This document shows positions 36,766 to 45,576 of a stretch of 64,000 nucleotides of DNA, one piece after another. A program made the position numbers and the translations under genes. Each line of letters opens with the position of its first letter. Positions within the stretch are counted from its first letter, which is position 1. Origin of the DNA: Candidatus Latescibacterota bacterium (GTDB lineage: Bacteria > Latescibacterota > UBA2968 > UBA8231). Where the stretch lies: contig OZ241867.1 of NCBI GenBank assembly GCA_965203175.1, forward strand, positions 5,824,001 through 5,888,000, read 5' to 3'. The notes beneath the pieces are model-generated. The model was not told the DNA's origin. It was given only the letters and a program-made list of their open reading frames with translations, and made no database searches.

Positions 36766-37944
36766 TCATGACCCCAAAAATTCACAAGTCTGCCGCGCCA
36801 CCACCAATTCCTCGTCAGTGCGCAGCACGTAAATGGGCACTCGGCTCGACTCAGCGTGCAAGCTGCCCTCGCCTTGCACAGCCTCGTTTTTAGCCGCATC
36901 CATCACCACTCCCAAAAATTCCAAGTCGCGCAGAATCTGGCCGCGTACGGCAGTCGAGTACTCGCCAATCCCGCCGGTAAAGCTAATCGCGTCTAGCCCA
37001 CCCATCTCCACCACAAAAGCCCCCAGCCAGTCGCGCGACGACGTCGCCAACACGGCTATGGCCAAGGCACAGCGCTCGTCCCCGCTTTCCGCACCCGCTT
37101 CAATGTCACGCATATCGCCGTACCCGCAAAGCCCTACGAGGCCGCCCTCGTTAGCGCACTGCGCCAACACCTCGTCCCACGGTCGCCCCTCGTTGCGCAT
37201 AACCAAGTCCAGCGCGTACGGATCCAAGTCGCCGATGCGGTTGTTCTGCGGCAGGCCACTCTGCGGGCTTAGTCCATGCGACGCCCCCTGCGAGACTCCG
37301 TCCTTTACCGCGCACAGCGACGAGGACCCACCTAAGTGCATGTTGACATGTTTGAGGTCAGCACGCCCCGCCAGTTCCACGACCTTCTCAGCGGCGTAGA
37401 GGTGGCTGGCTCCGTGGAAGCCGTAGCGCTGGATGCCGTACTGTTCGTACCAAGCGTAGGGCACTGCGTACATTTTGCGCCGCTGCGGCATCGCACCGTG
37501 GAACGCCGTCTCAAAGCATCCGACCCGCCGCGCCTTGGGGGCCACCCGCGCAAACTGCCGGATCGCCGCCACGTACGCGGGATTGTGCGCCGGAGCCAGC
37601 GGATAAAAGTCCTCCATCCGCCCGACGATGTCCTCGTCGAGTTCGACCACCCCGGAAATAGCGCGCGCGTGAACAGCCTTAAACCCCACGGCGTCCAACT
37701 CCTCCACAGAAGCCAACACCCCCCCCTCGGCCAAGCGCGCGAGGGCCTCGTCAATCGCGCTGGCGTGGTCGGGTAACTCCACGGCCTGCTCAACCTCGTC
37801 GGCCCTGCCAATCTCGAAGGTGTGCACCGAGCCTTGACCCCCGATCCGATCCATGCCGCCCCGCGCCAAAACCACCTCCTCGGGCATGGAAAAGACCTTG
37901 TACTTAAACGAGGTACTGCCGAGATTAGAAACTAGGATTTTCAT
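36766..37944 (-). CDS. ackA: Acetate/propionate kinase
   Basis: NLGSTSFKY, LAPAHN, FETAFH, RYGFHGASH, HLGG..S, FTGGIGE and TDEE motifs. Confidence 0.9.
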   Translation of the reverse strand: MKILVSNLGSTSFKYKVFSMPEEVVLARGGMDRIGGQGSVHTFEIGRADEVEQAVELPDHASAIDEALARLAEGGVLASVEELDAVGFKAVHARAISGVVELDEDIVGRMEDFYPLAPAHNPAYVAAIRQFARVAPKARRVGCFETAFHGAMPQRRKMYAVPYAWYEQYGIQRYGFHGASHLYAAEKVVELAGRADLKHVNMHLGGSSSLCAVKDGVSQGASHGLSPQSGLPQNNRIGDLDPYALDLVMRNEGRPWDEVLAQCANEGGLVGLCGYGDMRDIEAGAESGDERCALAIAVLATSSRDWLGAFVVEMGGLDAISFTGGIGEYSTAVRGQILRDLEFLGVVMDAAKNEAVQGEGSLHAESSRVPIYVLRTDEELVVARQTCEFLGS

Positions 37945-37945
37945 C

Positions 37946-39145
37946 TCAGGGCCGCGCCGGGCTGCCGTCGGGCAAGCGCGTCTGCGTCCACCCTATGACC
38001 TCGTCTTTACAAGGATACTTAGCCGCCAAGTCCTCGTCGATGTCGATCCCCAACCCCGGGCCATCACTCGGATACATGTACCCGTTGCGCACCTCGGGCA
38101 GCCCCGGAAACATTTCGTATATGTGCTCTGCGAACCGGCACCACTCCTGTATCCCAAAGTTAGGTGCCCACAAGTCCAGATGCAGGTTGGCCGCATGCCC
38201 CACCGGCGAGGTGTCGCCCGGGCCGTGCCAAGCCGTGCGCACCCCGTACATCTGCCCAAAAGCCGCCACATTGCGCGCCGGAGTGATCCCCCCCATCTGG
38301 CTCACGTGCATGCGCATGAAGTCAATTAATCGTCCCTCGATGAGCGGCGTCCACTCGTGCGGGTGGTTGAACAACTCGCCCATGGCCTGCGGCGTCGCGC
38401 ACTGCTGGCGGATGTGGCGGAACCACTCAATGTCTTCGGGCGCGAGCGCGTCCTCCAAGAAGAATAGCTTGAACTCCTCCACATCCTTGGCAAAACCCAC
38501 CGCCTCAATCGGGTGCAGCCGCTCGTGGATGTCGTGCAGCAGTTCCACCTCAAAGCCCAGTTCGGCGCGGATGTGCGCAAACATCCGCAGGTGATTCATC
38601 ATGTACTCTTTGCGGTTGTAATACGCACCTTCGGGAGCGCCCTCGGGTTTGACCAAGGTCAATGCCTTGCCGCCGTAACCGCCCATCTGGCAGCGGATGT
38701 AGCGATAGCCTTGCTCTTGGAACTGGCGGATGCTATCGACGACGGCCTCGGGCGTGTCGCCGCCCGCGTGGCCGTACACCGCAGCCCCCTCGCGGCACTT
38801 ACCGCCCAGTAATTGGTACACCGGCATCCCCGCCCGCTTGCCCTTGATGTCCCACAGCGCCTGATCGACGCCAGAGATGGCGTTGTTGAGCACTGGGCCG
38901 TTGCGCCAATAGCCGTTGACCATCAACATCTGCCAAGTCTCCTCAATCCGGTCCACGTCGCGACCGATGAGGAAGGGCTTGAAATGCTGCTCGATGGCCG
39001 TATGCACGGCGTGGAAGCGCTGGGTGAAGGTCGCACAACCAAGTCCGTACAGGCCGTCGTCCGACGTGATAATCTTGACGATGACCAAGCGGGAGCCGCC
39101 CGGTTGGGTGAGAATGGTTTGAACGTCTTTAATGGTAACGGCCAT
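37946..39145 (-). CDS. rspA: Mannonate dehydratase-like / starvation-sensing protein RspA (enolase superfamily)
   Basis: YWRNGPV, ALWDIKGK, LLHDIHERL, FFLED, MGELF, TAWHGP and NFGIQE motifs. Confidence 0.88.
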   Translation of the reverse strand: MAVTIKDVQTILTQPGGSRLVIVKIITSDDGLYGLGCATFTQRFHAVHTAIEQHFKPFLIGRDVDRIEETWQMLMVNGYWRNGPVLNNAISGVDQALWDIKGKRAGMPVYQLLGGKCREGAAVYGHAGGDTPEAVVDSIRQFQEQGYRYIRCQMGGYGGKALTLVKPEGAPEGAYYNRKEYMMNHLRMFAHIRAELGFEVELLHDIHERLHPIEAVGFAKDVEEFKLFFLEDALAPEDIEWFRHIRQQCATPQAMGELFNHPHEWTPLIEGRLIDFMRMHVSQMGGITPARNVAAFGQMYGVRTAWHGPGDTSPVGHAANLHLDLWAPNFGIQEWCRFAEHIYEMFPGLPEVRNGYMYPSDGPGLGIDIDEDLAAKYPCKDEVIGWTQTRLPDGSPARP

Positions 39146-39178
39146 GAGATCTCCTTGTTAGGGTAAAAATCAGGGGGT

Positions 39179-39208
39179 ATTCTGCACACCAGCCCGCGTT
39201 TTTGTCAA
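39179..39208 (-). promoter_or_regulatory. Putative sigma70 promoter of rspA-ackA
   Basis: Minus strand TTGACA-N18-CAGAAT with TG just upstream of the -10 box. Confidence 0.45.
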
Positions 39209-39260
39209 GGGACGCGCCGTCCTTGTCGGGGCGGGCGGCGACGGTTAGCTTAAGCCCTCC

Positions 39261-40070
39261 ATGCACTGGCTACAAGCGCTCATCTTAGGCATAGTCCAAG
39301 GTCTGACCGAATTCCTGCCCATCAGCAGTACAGCTCACCTGCGAGTAGTACCTCACTTTCTCGGCTGGGACGATCCAGGCGCGGCGTTTTCCGCAGTGAT
39401 CCAACTGGGGACGCTCGCGGCTGTATTCGCGTACTTCACGGCCGATGTTAAAAAGCTAGTCGTCGCCGCGCTGCAAGGGGTGATGCACCGCAACTTCAAC
39501 CACAGCCCAGACTGCCGCATGGCGTGGTCCATTGCCGTGGGCACCGTGCCCATTGCCGTGCTCGGCCTCGGAGGACGCGACTTTATCGAGACCGAGGCCC
39601 GCCAACTCCCCCTCATCGCCACAAGCTTGATCGTCCTCGCGCTGTTCTTGATACTGGCCGAGCGCGTGGGGCGGCGCGAGCGCACCATGCAGGACCTCGG
39701 CTTCTGGTCGATCCAGTTCATCGGCTTGTGCCAAGCTCTTGCCCTGATTCCCGGTTGTTCGCGGTCTGGTTCAACCATCATGGGTGGGCTTTTCGTGGGT
39801 CTTCAGCGCGCAGATGCTGCTCGCTTCTCCTTTTTGCTCGGCCTGCCGGCCATTGGCGCCAGCGGCCTCCTGCAACTATTCGCCCTGCTCGAAGGAGGCC
39901 TAGGCGGCGCTGGGCTGCTGAGTTTGGGGCTGGGGATCTTCGCCGCCGCCGTCAGCGGCTACCTGTCCATCGGCTTCTTACTCCGCTTCCTTCAGCGCCA
40001 CGGCACCTACTCGTTTGCCGCCTATCGCATCCTGCTCGGCGGCCTCATCTTCTATTCACTGTACGGTTAA
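39261..40070 (+). CDS. uppP: Undecaprenyl-diphosphatase
   Basis: GIVQGLTEFLPISSTAH, IQLG, PGCSRSGST and AARFSFLL motifs. Confidence 0.96.
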   Translation: MHWLQALILGIVQGLTEFLPISSTAHLRVVPHFLGWDDPGAAFSAVIQLGTLAAVFAYFTADVKKLVVAALQGVMHRNFNHSPDCRMAWSIAVGTVPIAVLGLGGRDFIETEARQLPLIATSLIVLALFLILAERVGRRERTMQDLGFWSIQFIGLCQALALIPGCSRSGSTIMGGLFVGLQRADAARFSFLLGLPAIGASGLLQLFALLEGGLGGAGLLSLGLGIFAAAVSGYLSIGFLLRFLQRHGTYSFAAYRILLGGLIFYSLYG

Positions 40071-40087
40071 ATCCAACGGAGCTATCC

Positions 40088-40864
40088 ATGTATCCCAACA
40101 ACCTAAAAGCGCGTTTGCGCAGCGGCGAGATCCTCTTTGGCACCAGCCTGTCGGCTCCCACCCCACACGTGGCCGGGTTGATCATTTCCACCGGCCCCGA
40201 TTTTATCTGGGCCGACACCGAGCACATGCCCTTCGCCACCGAAGCACTCGACTCGATCTTGGTGCTGGCCCGGATGCGCGGCGTCGCGCCCATGGTGCGC
40301 GTCGCGTGGAACGACCCCGCGCTGATCAAGAAGGCGTATGACGCGGGCGCAGTGGCCGTAATGGTGCCCCAAGTCGATACGGCTGAAGAAGCCGCCGCCG
40401 CCGTCGATGCCGCCCGCTACGCTCCCGAAGGCCGGCGCGGACTCTCGCCCATGTGGACCCAAATCGCGGGTGCGGACTGGAACGAGGTCATCAAAACCGC
40501 CAACGAAGAGACGCTCGTCGTCCTCCAAATCGAAAGCCAGCGAGCCTACGACAACTTGGACGAAATCAAGCGCGTGCCCGGCATTGACGTGCTTTTCGTC
40601 GGGCCGTTGGACCTGTCGGCGACCGTGGGGACGATCACCAATACCGAGTCGCGGCAAGTGCGGGAAATCATGCGCGATGTGCCGCAACAGCTAGCGGACA
40701 CGGGAATCGCCGCAGGCACTACGCTGGCGGAAGTAGACCAGATTCAAGAGAAAATTCGCTGGGGATATCGCTACCTCAACGTCGGCAATGCCCTCCGCTA
40801 CGGCGTGCAAGTCCTCGACGGCCATCTCAAGACTCTGCGCGCTAATCCGCGCGGCGACAAGTAG
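40088..40864 (+). CDS. HpcH/HpaI aldolase family
   Basis: DTEH, VRV, VMVPQV, RYAPEGRRG, QIES and FVGPLDLS motifs. Confidence 0.92.
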   Translation: MYPNNLKARLRSGEILFGTSLSAPTPHVAGLIISTGPDFIWADTEHMPFATEALDSILVLARMRGVAPMVRVAWNDPALIKKAYDAGAVAVMVPQVDTAEEAAAAVDAARYAPEGRRGLSPMWTQIAGADWNEVIKTANEETLVVLQIESQRAYDNLDEIKRVPGIDVLFVGPLDLSATVGTITNTESRQVREIMRDVPQQLADTGIAAGTTLAEVDQIQEKIRWGYRYLNVGNALRYGVQVLDGHLKTLRANPRGDK

Positions 40865-40884
40865 GGGACGTGGAGATAAAAAAT

Positions 40885-40913
40885 TTGGAATCTGCCGGAA
40901 ATGATGGTATTTT
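40885..40913 (+). promoter_or_regulatory. Putative sigma70 promoter TTGGAA-N17-TATTTT
   Basis: 17-bp spacing and TGn extension, upstream of the TAAGGAGG RBS of gene 40950. Confidence 0.4.
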
Positions 40914-40949
40914 AACTAGCAGTATCTACTCTTTCTAAGGAGGTGCCTT

Positions 40950-41447
40950 ATGAAAAAGCAGATGCTGATGGCCGGTGTTGCTCTCGCGTTCGCGAGCGCG
41001 GCTTGGGCGCAATGTCCTCACGGTGCTCAGATTCTGGCACCGGAGCAAGTAAGGGCCAGCCTTTCTAGCCCTCAGTCCCAGTTCGTGCTGGTCGAGTGGG
41101 AAGGGGTCGAAGACGCGACCCGCTACGCGATCTATTTACAGGTTTTCGACCCCGACGAGATCGAAGTCGAAGCTGGTGGAGAGATCGTTGAGCCCACCGA
41201 AACACAGCCGACCTTCGTGCCGTGGGGCCACGTGGAAGCCGTACCCGATCGGGATCGGTACAGTATGGAATTTCTTGCAGACCTGCCGAATCCCGAGTCC
41301 GCGGTTTATGGCGTGTCTGCGGAGACCCAGATGCACGGCCGCTGGGTCTCGTCGCCGATCGTGCCCGCGAGTTGGACTGCCCCCCAAATAAGCACGGCTG
41401 TCGAGGCCGTGAGCTGGGGTCAAGTCAAGGCAACAGCCGACGAATAG
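40950..41447 (+). CDS. Secreted hypothetical protein (single beta-sandwich) with C-terminal TAVEAVSWGQVK motif
   Basis: Signal peptide MKKQ..AWA, FN3-like W..V.DA..Y.IY pattern, strong RBS. Confidence 0.8.
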   Translation: MKKQMLMAGVALAFASAAWAQCPHGAQILAPEQVRASLSSPQSQFVLVEWEGVEDATRYAIYLQVFDPDEIEVEAGGEIVEPTETQPTFVPWGHVEAVPDRDRYSMEFLADLPNPESAVYGVSAETQMHGRWVSSPIVPASWTAPQISTAVEAVSWGQVKATADE

Positions 41448-41472
41448 GACGCTTGCCTCATCAGACGTCCTG

Positions 41473-41506
41473 ACCCCGCCGAGCGCACTGTTCGGCGGGG
41501 TTTTTT
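41473..41506 (+). terminator. Rho-independent terminator
   Basis: Stem ACCCCGCCGAGC / GTTCGGCGGGGT followed by a T-tract. Confidence 0.88.
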
Positions 41507-41557
41507 ATTGGCGAGAAGCTCATCGAATCCCATCCACCCCTAATACCGGAGCATGCT

Positions 41558-42418
41558 GTGGAATCATTGCTAGCCAATCCTCGGTTGAGCCGCTTTGACC
41601 CCCTCGAGCGCATTCTGTGCTACGACGATTTCGACGCGGGGTTGAACGGCTGGACCGGACTGATCGGCAATTACGAAGATTCGCTCGATGCCATGCTGCC
41701 CGACTACCGTGACCTGCGGCCCCCCATGTTGAGCAACCTGACGATGTGGGACACTGGCACGGCCGGCTCCATGGAGGGCACTTACGCCCTTAAGCTGGCC
41801 ACTCGCCCGCAGGCCGGCGGCCTGTCCGTAGGCATCAAGCGGCACACCTTTCGGGCACTGGGCCAAGTGCAGTTAGAGTGCTATTTCGCGTTCAAGCCCG
41901 AAGCGTCCAAACTCAAGCTCGGCGAGATGGATGTCCGCGCTTGGGGTGTGCTCTTCGACGTGCAAGACGGCAATCCCCAAGGGCGGCGCTGGATGCCCCA
42001 CTTGCGCTACCTCAACGCCGAGGATGGCCAGCGCCGAGGACGCTGGCAGACTAAGCCTGCCACCCGGTCGGTACAGCCCATTGGCCACAGCGGCAAGACC
42101 GTGTCGCATTTCCACTTGGGGCCAGAGGGCTGGGAGGATGTGCCAGCCGAGCCGCAGCTTTTGTGCTACAACGAAATCGCCACCAAAATGAACTGGCACT
42201 ATCTGCGCATCGGCTTGGATCTCAAAAGGCGGGCCTTCACCGGATTCCAGTGCAACGATCACACCTTTGGGCCGGAGGGGATGCACTGCATTGAACTGCC
42301 GGCCATGGCCAACCTGTGGTGCATGCTCAACGCAGCCTTTTGGGTCGAAGCTGACGTGGATACGCGGGCCTTTCTCTATATCGACTCCGTGTTATTATCC
42401 GGGGAGTTTGCCCAATGA
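41558..42418 (+). CDS. Conserved hypothetical protein (DUF6772-like)
   Basis: Host-like codon usage and GGAG RBS. LSRFDP..RIL..DDFD.G.NGW, GTYALKLATR and YNE..TK.NWHY recalled as DUF6772 (unverified). Confidence 0.6.
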   Translation: MESLLANPRLSRFDPLERILCYDDFDAGLNGWTGLIGNYEDSLDAMLPDYRDLRPPMLSNLTMWDTGTAGSMEGTYALKLATRPQAGGLSVGIKRHTFRALGQVQLECYFAFKPEASKLKLGEMDVRAWGVLFDVQDGNPQGRRWMPHLRYLNAEDGQRRGRWQTKPATRSVQPIGHSGKTVSHFHLGPEGWEDVPAEPQLLCYNEIATKMNWHYLRIGLDLKRRAFTGFQCNDHTFGPEGMHCIELPAMANLWCMLNAAFWVEADVDTRAFLYIDSVLLSGEFAQ

Positions 42419-42777
42419 GTATGCGACAGAGCCACACCGCCGTCGTGGAGCGCAATCAGGTCTGGGAAAGCGATTTTGTCACCGAGCCGCACGAGGTCGG
42501 CTGGAGCCAAGAGGCCATTTTCTTCGTGCAGATACTCCGCTTTGAAGAAGAGGACTCGCAGCCCAACCCTTTGATTGACGCCGAGGTGCGGGTGCAGATA
42601 TCGCCCGACGGCATTCACTGGTGCGACGAAGGATCGCGTCTGAACTTCTTCGTCCAGCATACGCTCGATACGCCCTCCTTTGTGCGCGTGTCGCACTACG
42701 GCGGCTGGCTGCGTCTAGCCGGGAGGATTGCCAAAGGCCGCGCTTGGACACTCGTCCATCTAGCACTCAAGGCATGA
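42415..42777 (+). CDS. Small conserved hypothetical protein (DUF6385-like)
   Basis: ATGA overlap with the upstream gene. TEP.E.GW..EA.FF, VQISPDG.HWCDEG and GGWLRL motifs. Confidence 0.6.
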   Translation: MSMRQSHTAVVERNQVWESDFVTEPHEVGWSQEAIFFVQILRFEEEDSQPNPLIDAEVRVQISPDGIHWCDEGSRLNFFVQHTLDTPSFVRVSHYGGWLRLAGRIAKGRAWTLVHLALKA

Positions 42778-42833
42778 GGTAGGATCGTGGAACGAGTGCA
42801 CAAATCGCCTTTCAATCTGCAGACGATACTACG

Positions 42834-42859
42834 GGAACTATTTCGCTCTTGGGGCGTCT
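42834..42859 (+). promoter_or_regulatory. Possible ECF-sigma promoter (GGAAC-N16-CGTCT)
   Basis: Matches the general ECF AAC/CGTC consensus 33 nt upstream of ATG 42893. Confidence 0.4.
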
Positions 42860-42892
42860 TATGCCGTTAAACATCCGGGAGGAGATCGTACC

Positions 42893-43444
42893 ATGCGTTA
42901 TCTTGCCTCGCATTTCTGTTGGACCGCAGGCGTCTTAGTTGGCGTCCTAGCCCTGTTGCCCGTCCGCGCCGAACTAGGCGTGCCCAACCGCGTCCTGATC
43001 ACCGACGATGGTAGAGGTCCAATCTGGTCGCCCGACGGAACCAAAATCGCCTTTCAATCCGACCGGGACCTCGTCGGTGGACGATGGGATATATGGATCG
43101 TGAATGCCGACGGAACCAACCCACAAAACCTAACCCAAAATCCCGGCGTCGACGACATGCGTCCCGTCTGGTCGCCCGACGGCACTAGGATCGCCTTTCA
43201 ATCCTCTCGCGAGGGCTTAAGCATCCGCGATTCGGATATATGGATCATGGACGCCGACGGAACCAACCCACAAAACCTGACCCAGACTTCCGGCATCGGC
43301 GACACGCGTCCCGTCTGGTCACCTGACGGCACTAGGATCGCCTTTCAATCTGATGACGCTATCTGGGTATTGGAATTGGAAGCAGTACCCACTGGTGTGG
43401 CCCCAGCGACTTGGGGCACGGTGAAAAGAACTGTGTTCGAGTAA
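42893..43444 (+). CDS. Secreted TolB-like PD40-repeat protein with C-terminal TWGTVK motif
   Basis: Signal peptide, three P.WSPDGT.IAFQS repeats, GGAGGAG RBS. Confidence 0.88.
   Translation: MRYLASHFCWTAGVLVGVLALLPVRAELGVPNRVLITDDGRGPIWSPDGTKIAFQSDRDLVGGRWDIWIVNADGTNPQNLTQNPGVDDMRPVWSPDGTRIAFQSSREGLSIRDSDIWIMDADGTNPQNLTQTSGIGDTRPVWSPDGTRIAFQSDDAIWVLELEAVPTGVAPATWGTVKRTVFE
43087..43350 (+). repeat. Intragenic duplication (117 bp, 147-bp period)
   Basis: 43087-43203 versus 43234-43350, about 12 mismatches. Confidence 0.85.
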
Positions 43445-43698
43445 ATGCCTTCAGATGGCTCCGTTCGCGTTTGTAGCCGAAGCCGTCGTCCCAGTTGAGT
43501 CCCCCTCTGCACCTACAGTCGCCGCGAAACGTTAAAGGTTGGGGTCGGGCCGTCTGTCTCTTGTGGAAGCTCTGTCCATCTGCTGTATTATAATCCCTCC
43601 AAGAAAAAAGAACCTCAACGGACGAGACTTCGGCGATGCCCTAGACATTCCGGTATTGCGCTGATATCTCCGAGCCCAAACTGAATGGAGGTGCAACG

Positions 43699-44547
43699 AT
43701 GATCGACAAGGTGGCTAAATCCCTGCTGACCAATCGACACAGGCCATTGACCTCTGTCGCGGTGGCAATGCTCCTAGCTATACCGCCCGTGTTAGCCCAG
43801 ATCGACGCGGCGTTTGCCGAAGACCAGCGCTTCTATGTCGGCATAGCAGTCCCCGTGGAACAGCTCAATGCTTCCTTTGATAAAACCGTTGACAATACCG
43901 CCGAGAACACGCTGGTGCCCGAGCCACGCAAGGGCATGGTGTTTCAGGATGGGGATTCCGCCAATACATCGGCGTATGGGATCGGCTTCCTCGCCGGCTA
44001 TCGCGCCTCCCTCGCTGAGAGCAGTTTTTACCTGAGCGGCGAGGTCGATATTGCATTGCACGGCGGCGAAGTGGAGGGCCAACTTGCAGGGATTGGGGAG
44101 TCCCCGGGGCGCAATCAACTCGGGGAAAGCTGGCCCGATCACTGGTCTCTCGCCAAAGACAGAAGCTACGGCTTCACGCTCAAGTTGGGCGGAGGCTCTG
44201 GCGCGTTGCGGAATCTTTACGCGCTCGCAGGCATTCGCCGCGTTGAAGCCCAGTTTACGACCCGCTATTACGGCTGCTTAGATGCCAGTCCGTGTTCATC
44301 GGCTGAGGATACTCCCAACTTTGTTTCCGGAACAGACAGCCGCGACCTGGATTTGCAGGGGTGGACGGTCGGTCTCGGTTTAGAAAAGGCGCTCGGGCAA
44401 CAACTCGCGCTTCGCGCTGAAACGCGTTACACCCAGTATGCCAGTGAAGATTGGGTCACTCCATTTGACGACGTGGGCGTCACAGTCCCAGCAGTTCTGG
44501 AAGCCAACGAGACCAGCTTGTCGTTGAGATTGGCGCGGTATTTCTGA
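43699..44547 (+). CDS. Outer membrane beta-barrel protein
   Basis: Signal peptide, amphipathic strands (FYVG, AGYR, GWTVGLGLE, LRAETRYT), terminal YF. Confidence 0.82.
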   Translation: MIDKVAKSLLTNRHRPLTSVAVAMLLAIPPVLAQIDAAFAEDQRFYVGIAVPVEQLNASFDKTVDNTAENTLVPEPRKGMVFQDGDSANTSAYGIGFLAGYRASLAESSFYLSGEVDIALHGGEVEGQLAGIGESPGRNQLGESWPDHWSLAKDRSYGFTLKLGGGSGALRNLYALAGIRRVEAQFTTRYYGCLDASPCSSAEDTPNFVSGTDSRDLDLQGWTVGLGLEKALGQQLALRAETRYTQYASEDWVTPFDDVGVTVPAVLEANETSLSLRLARYF

Positions 44548-44675
44548 GGTGGGTCAGGAGGCCGACTAACCCGTCCATCGCCACATCGCCAGCAGCCTCT
44601 AGAAACCTGATCGACATTTCGACGTTCAATAACTCACAGGCGTTAAGTCCGTCTTTTTCACGGAGAGATTCCTCT

Positions 44676-45554
44676 ATGCGATTTTCGTTTGTCACGCTGT
44701 GCGCCCTCATCTGCTCCAGTGCGGCGATTAATGCTGCCAGCGCGGAAGCGGGACGATCCGGTTGGTACTTCAGCATCGGGACCGGTCTTGCACTAAATTC
44801 GGGCATGGACCAAGAGGGTTGGAATAGGGATACCGTGTGCTATCCAACAGATCCCTGTTTCGTTGCCGATCCCGTCCCAGAGCTTTCGGGCTACCGCTGG
44901 CGCTACGCCATCGATGCGGATGCCGGCAGTGGGTTCGAAATCACCTTCGGCCGTGCGCTCGGCCCCCTGCGCCTAGAGGTCTCGGCGTCGCAGAGCAAAA
45001 ATAACATTGAGCAGGAGTTTGCCTCGCTCGAATATCTCGACGGCAGTCCCTGGACGGGCCGCGAAGATGGAACGGTGGTTTCCAATGACGTGGCTTCGAT
45101 CGGCGACCTCACCACGCGGGTCGCAGCACTGAACGTCTATCGCGATTTCTCGGCGGCACACCGCGCCCTGACCCCGTACATTGGCATCGGGCTAGGCGCG
45201 GCCTTCGTCAAGATCAGCGACGTGCAGTACTCTAACAATTACCAGGATACGGCAGAGTCACCGCCTGTCTACGACCCGCCGCTGTCGTTCTACAACAGCG
45301 TCACGGATGTGGATTATTCCGATACGGTAGCCGCCGGTCGGTTACACGCTGGTGCCGATTACGCAGTGCATGACCGGATGCTTCTTGGAGTGAAGCTGAC
45401 CTATACACTAGTAGACGACATTGCGGACACCGGCGTCTATGACAGCCACCCAATGCAACAAGCGGGCGATCTCCCCTTCACCAACCAGACTACCTTCGAT
45501 GCCTCACATAGTTGGTCGCTAGCTATCGCGCTCAAGCATCAACTCGGCCGTTGA
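44676..45554 (+). CDS. Outer membrane beta-barrel protein (OmpA/opacity-like)
   Basis: Signal peptide; GWYFS.G.G, RLE, LNVY.DF, TPYIGIGLG and AGADY motifs. Confidence 0.82.
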   Translation: MRFSFVTLCALICSSAAINAASAEAGRSGWYFSIGTGLALNSGMDQEGWNRDTVCYPTDPCFVADPVPELSGYRWRYAIDADAGSGFEITFGRALGPLRLEVSASQSKNNIEQEFASLEYLDGSPWTGREDGTVVSNDVASIGDLTTRVAALNVYRDFSAAHRALTPYIGIGLGAAFVKISDVQYSNNYQDTAESPPVYDPPLSFYNSVTDVDYSDTVAAGRLHAGADYAVHDRMLLGVKLTYTLVDDIADTGVYDSHPMQQAGDLPFTNQTTFDASHSWSLAIALKHQLGR

Positions 45555-45576
45555 GCCTTCGTTCCTGTCGGTATCA

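Noticed and set aside
39524-40087. N-terminal extension of the HpcH aldolase ORF (446 aa)
   Set aside because: Overlaps uppP out of frame and is Arg/Pro-rich noise; the real start is ATG 40088 with a GGAG RBS.
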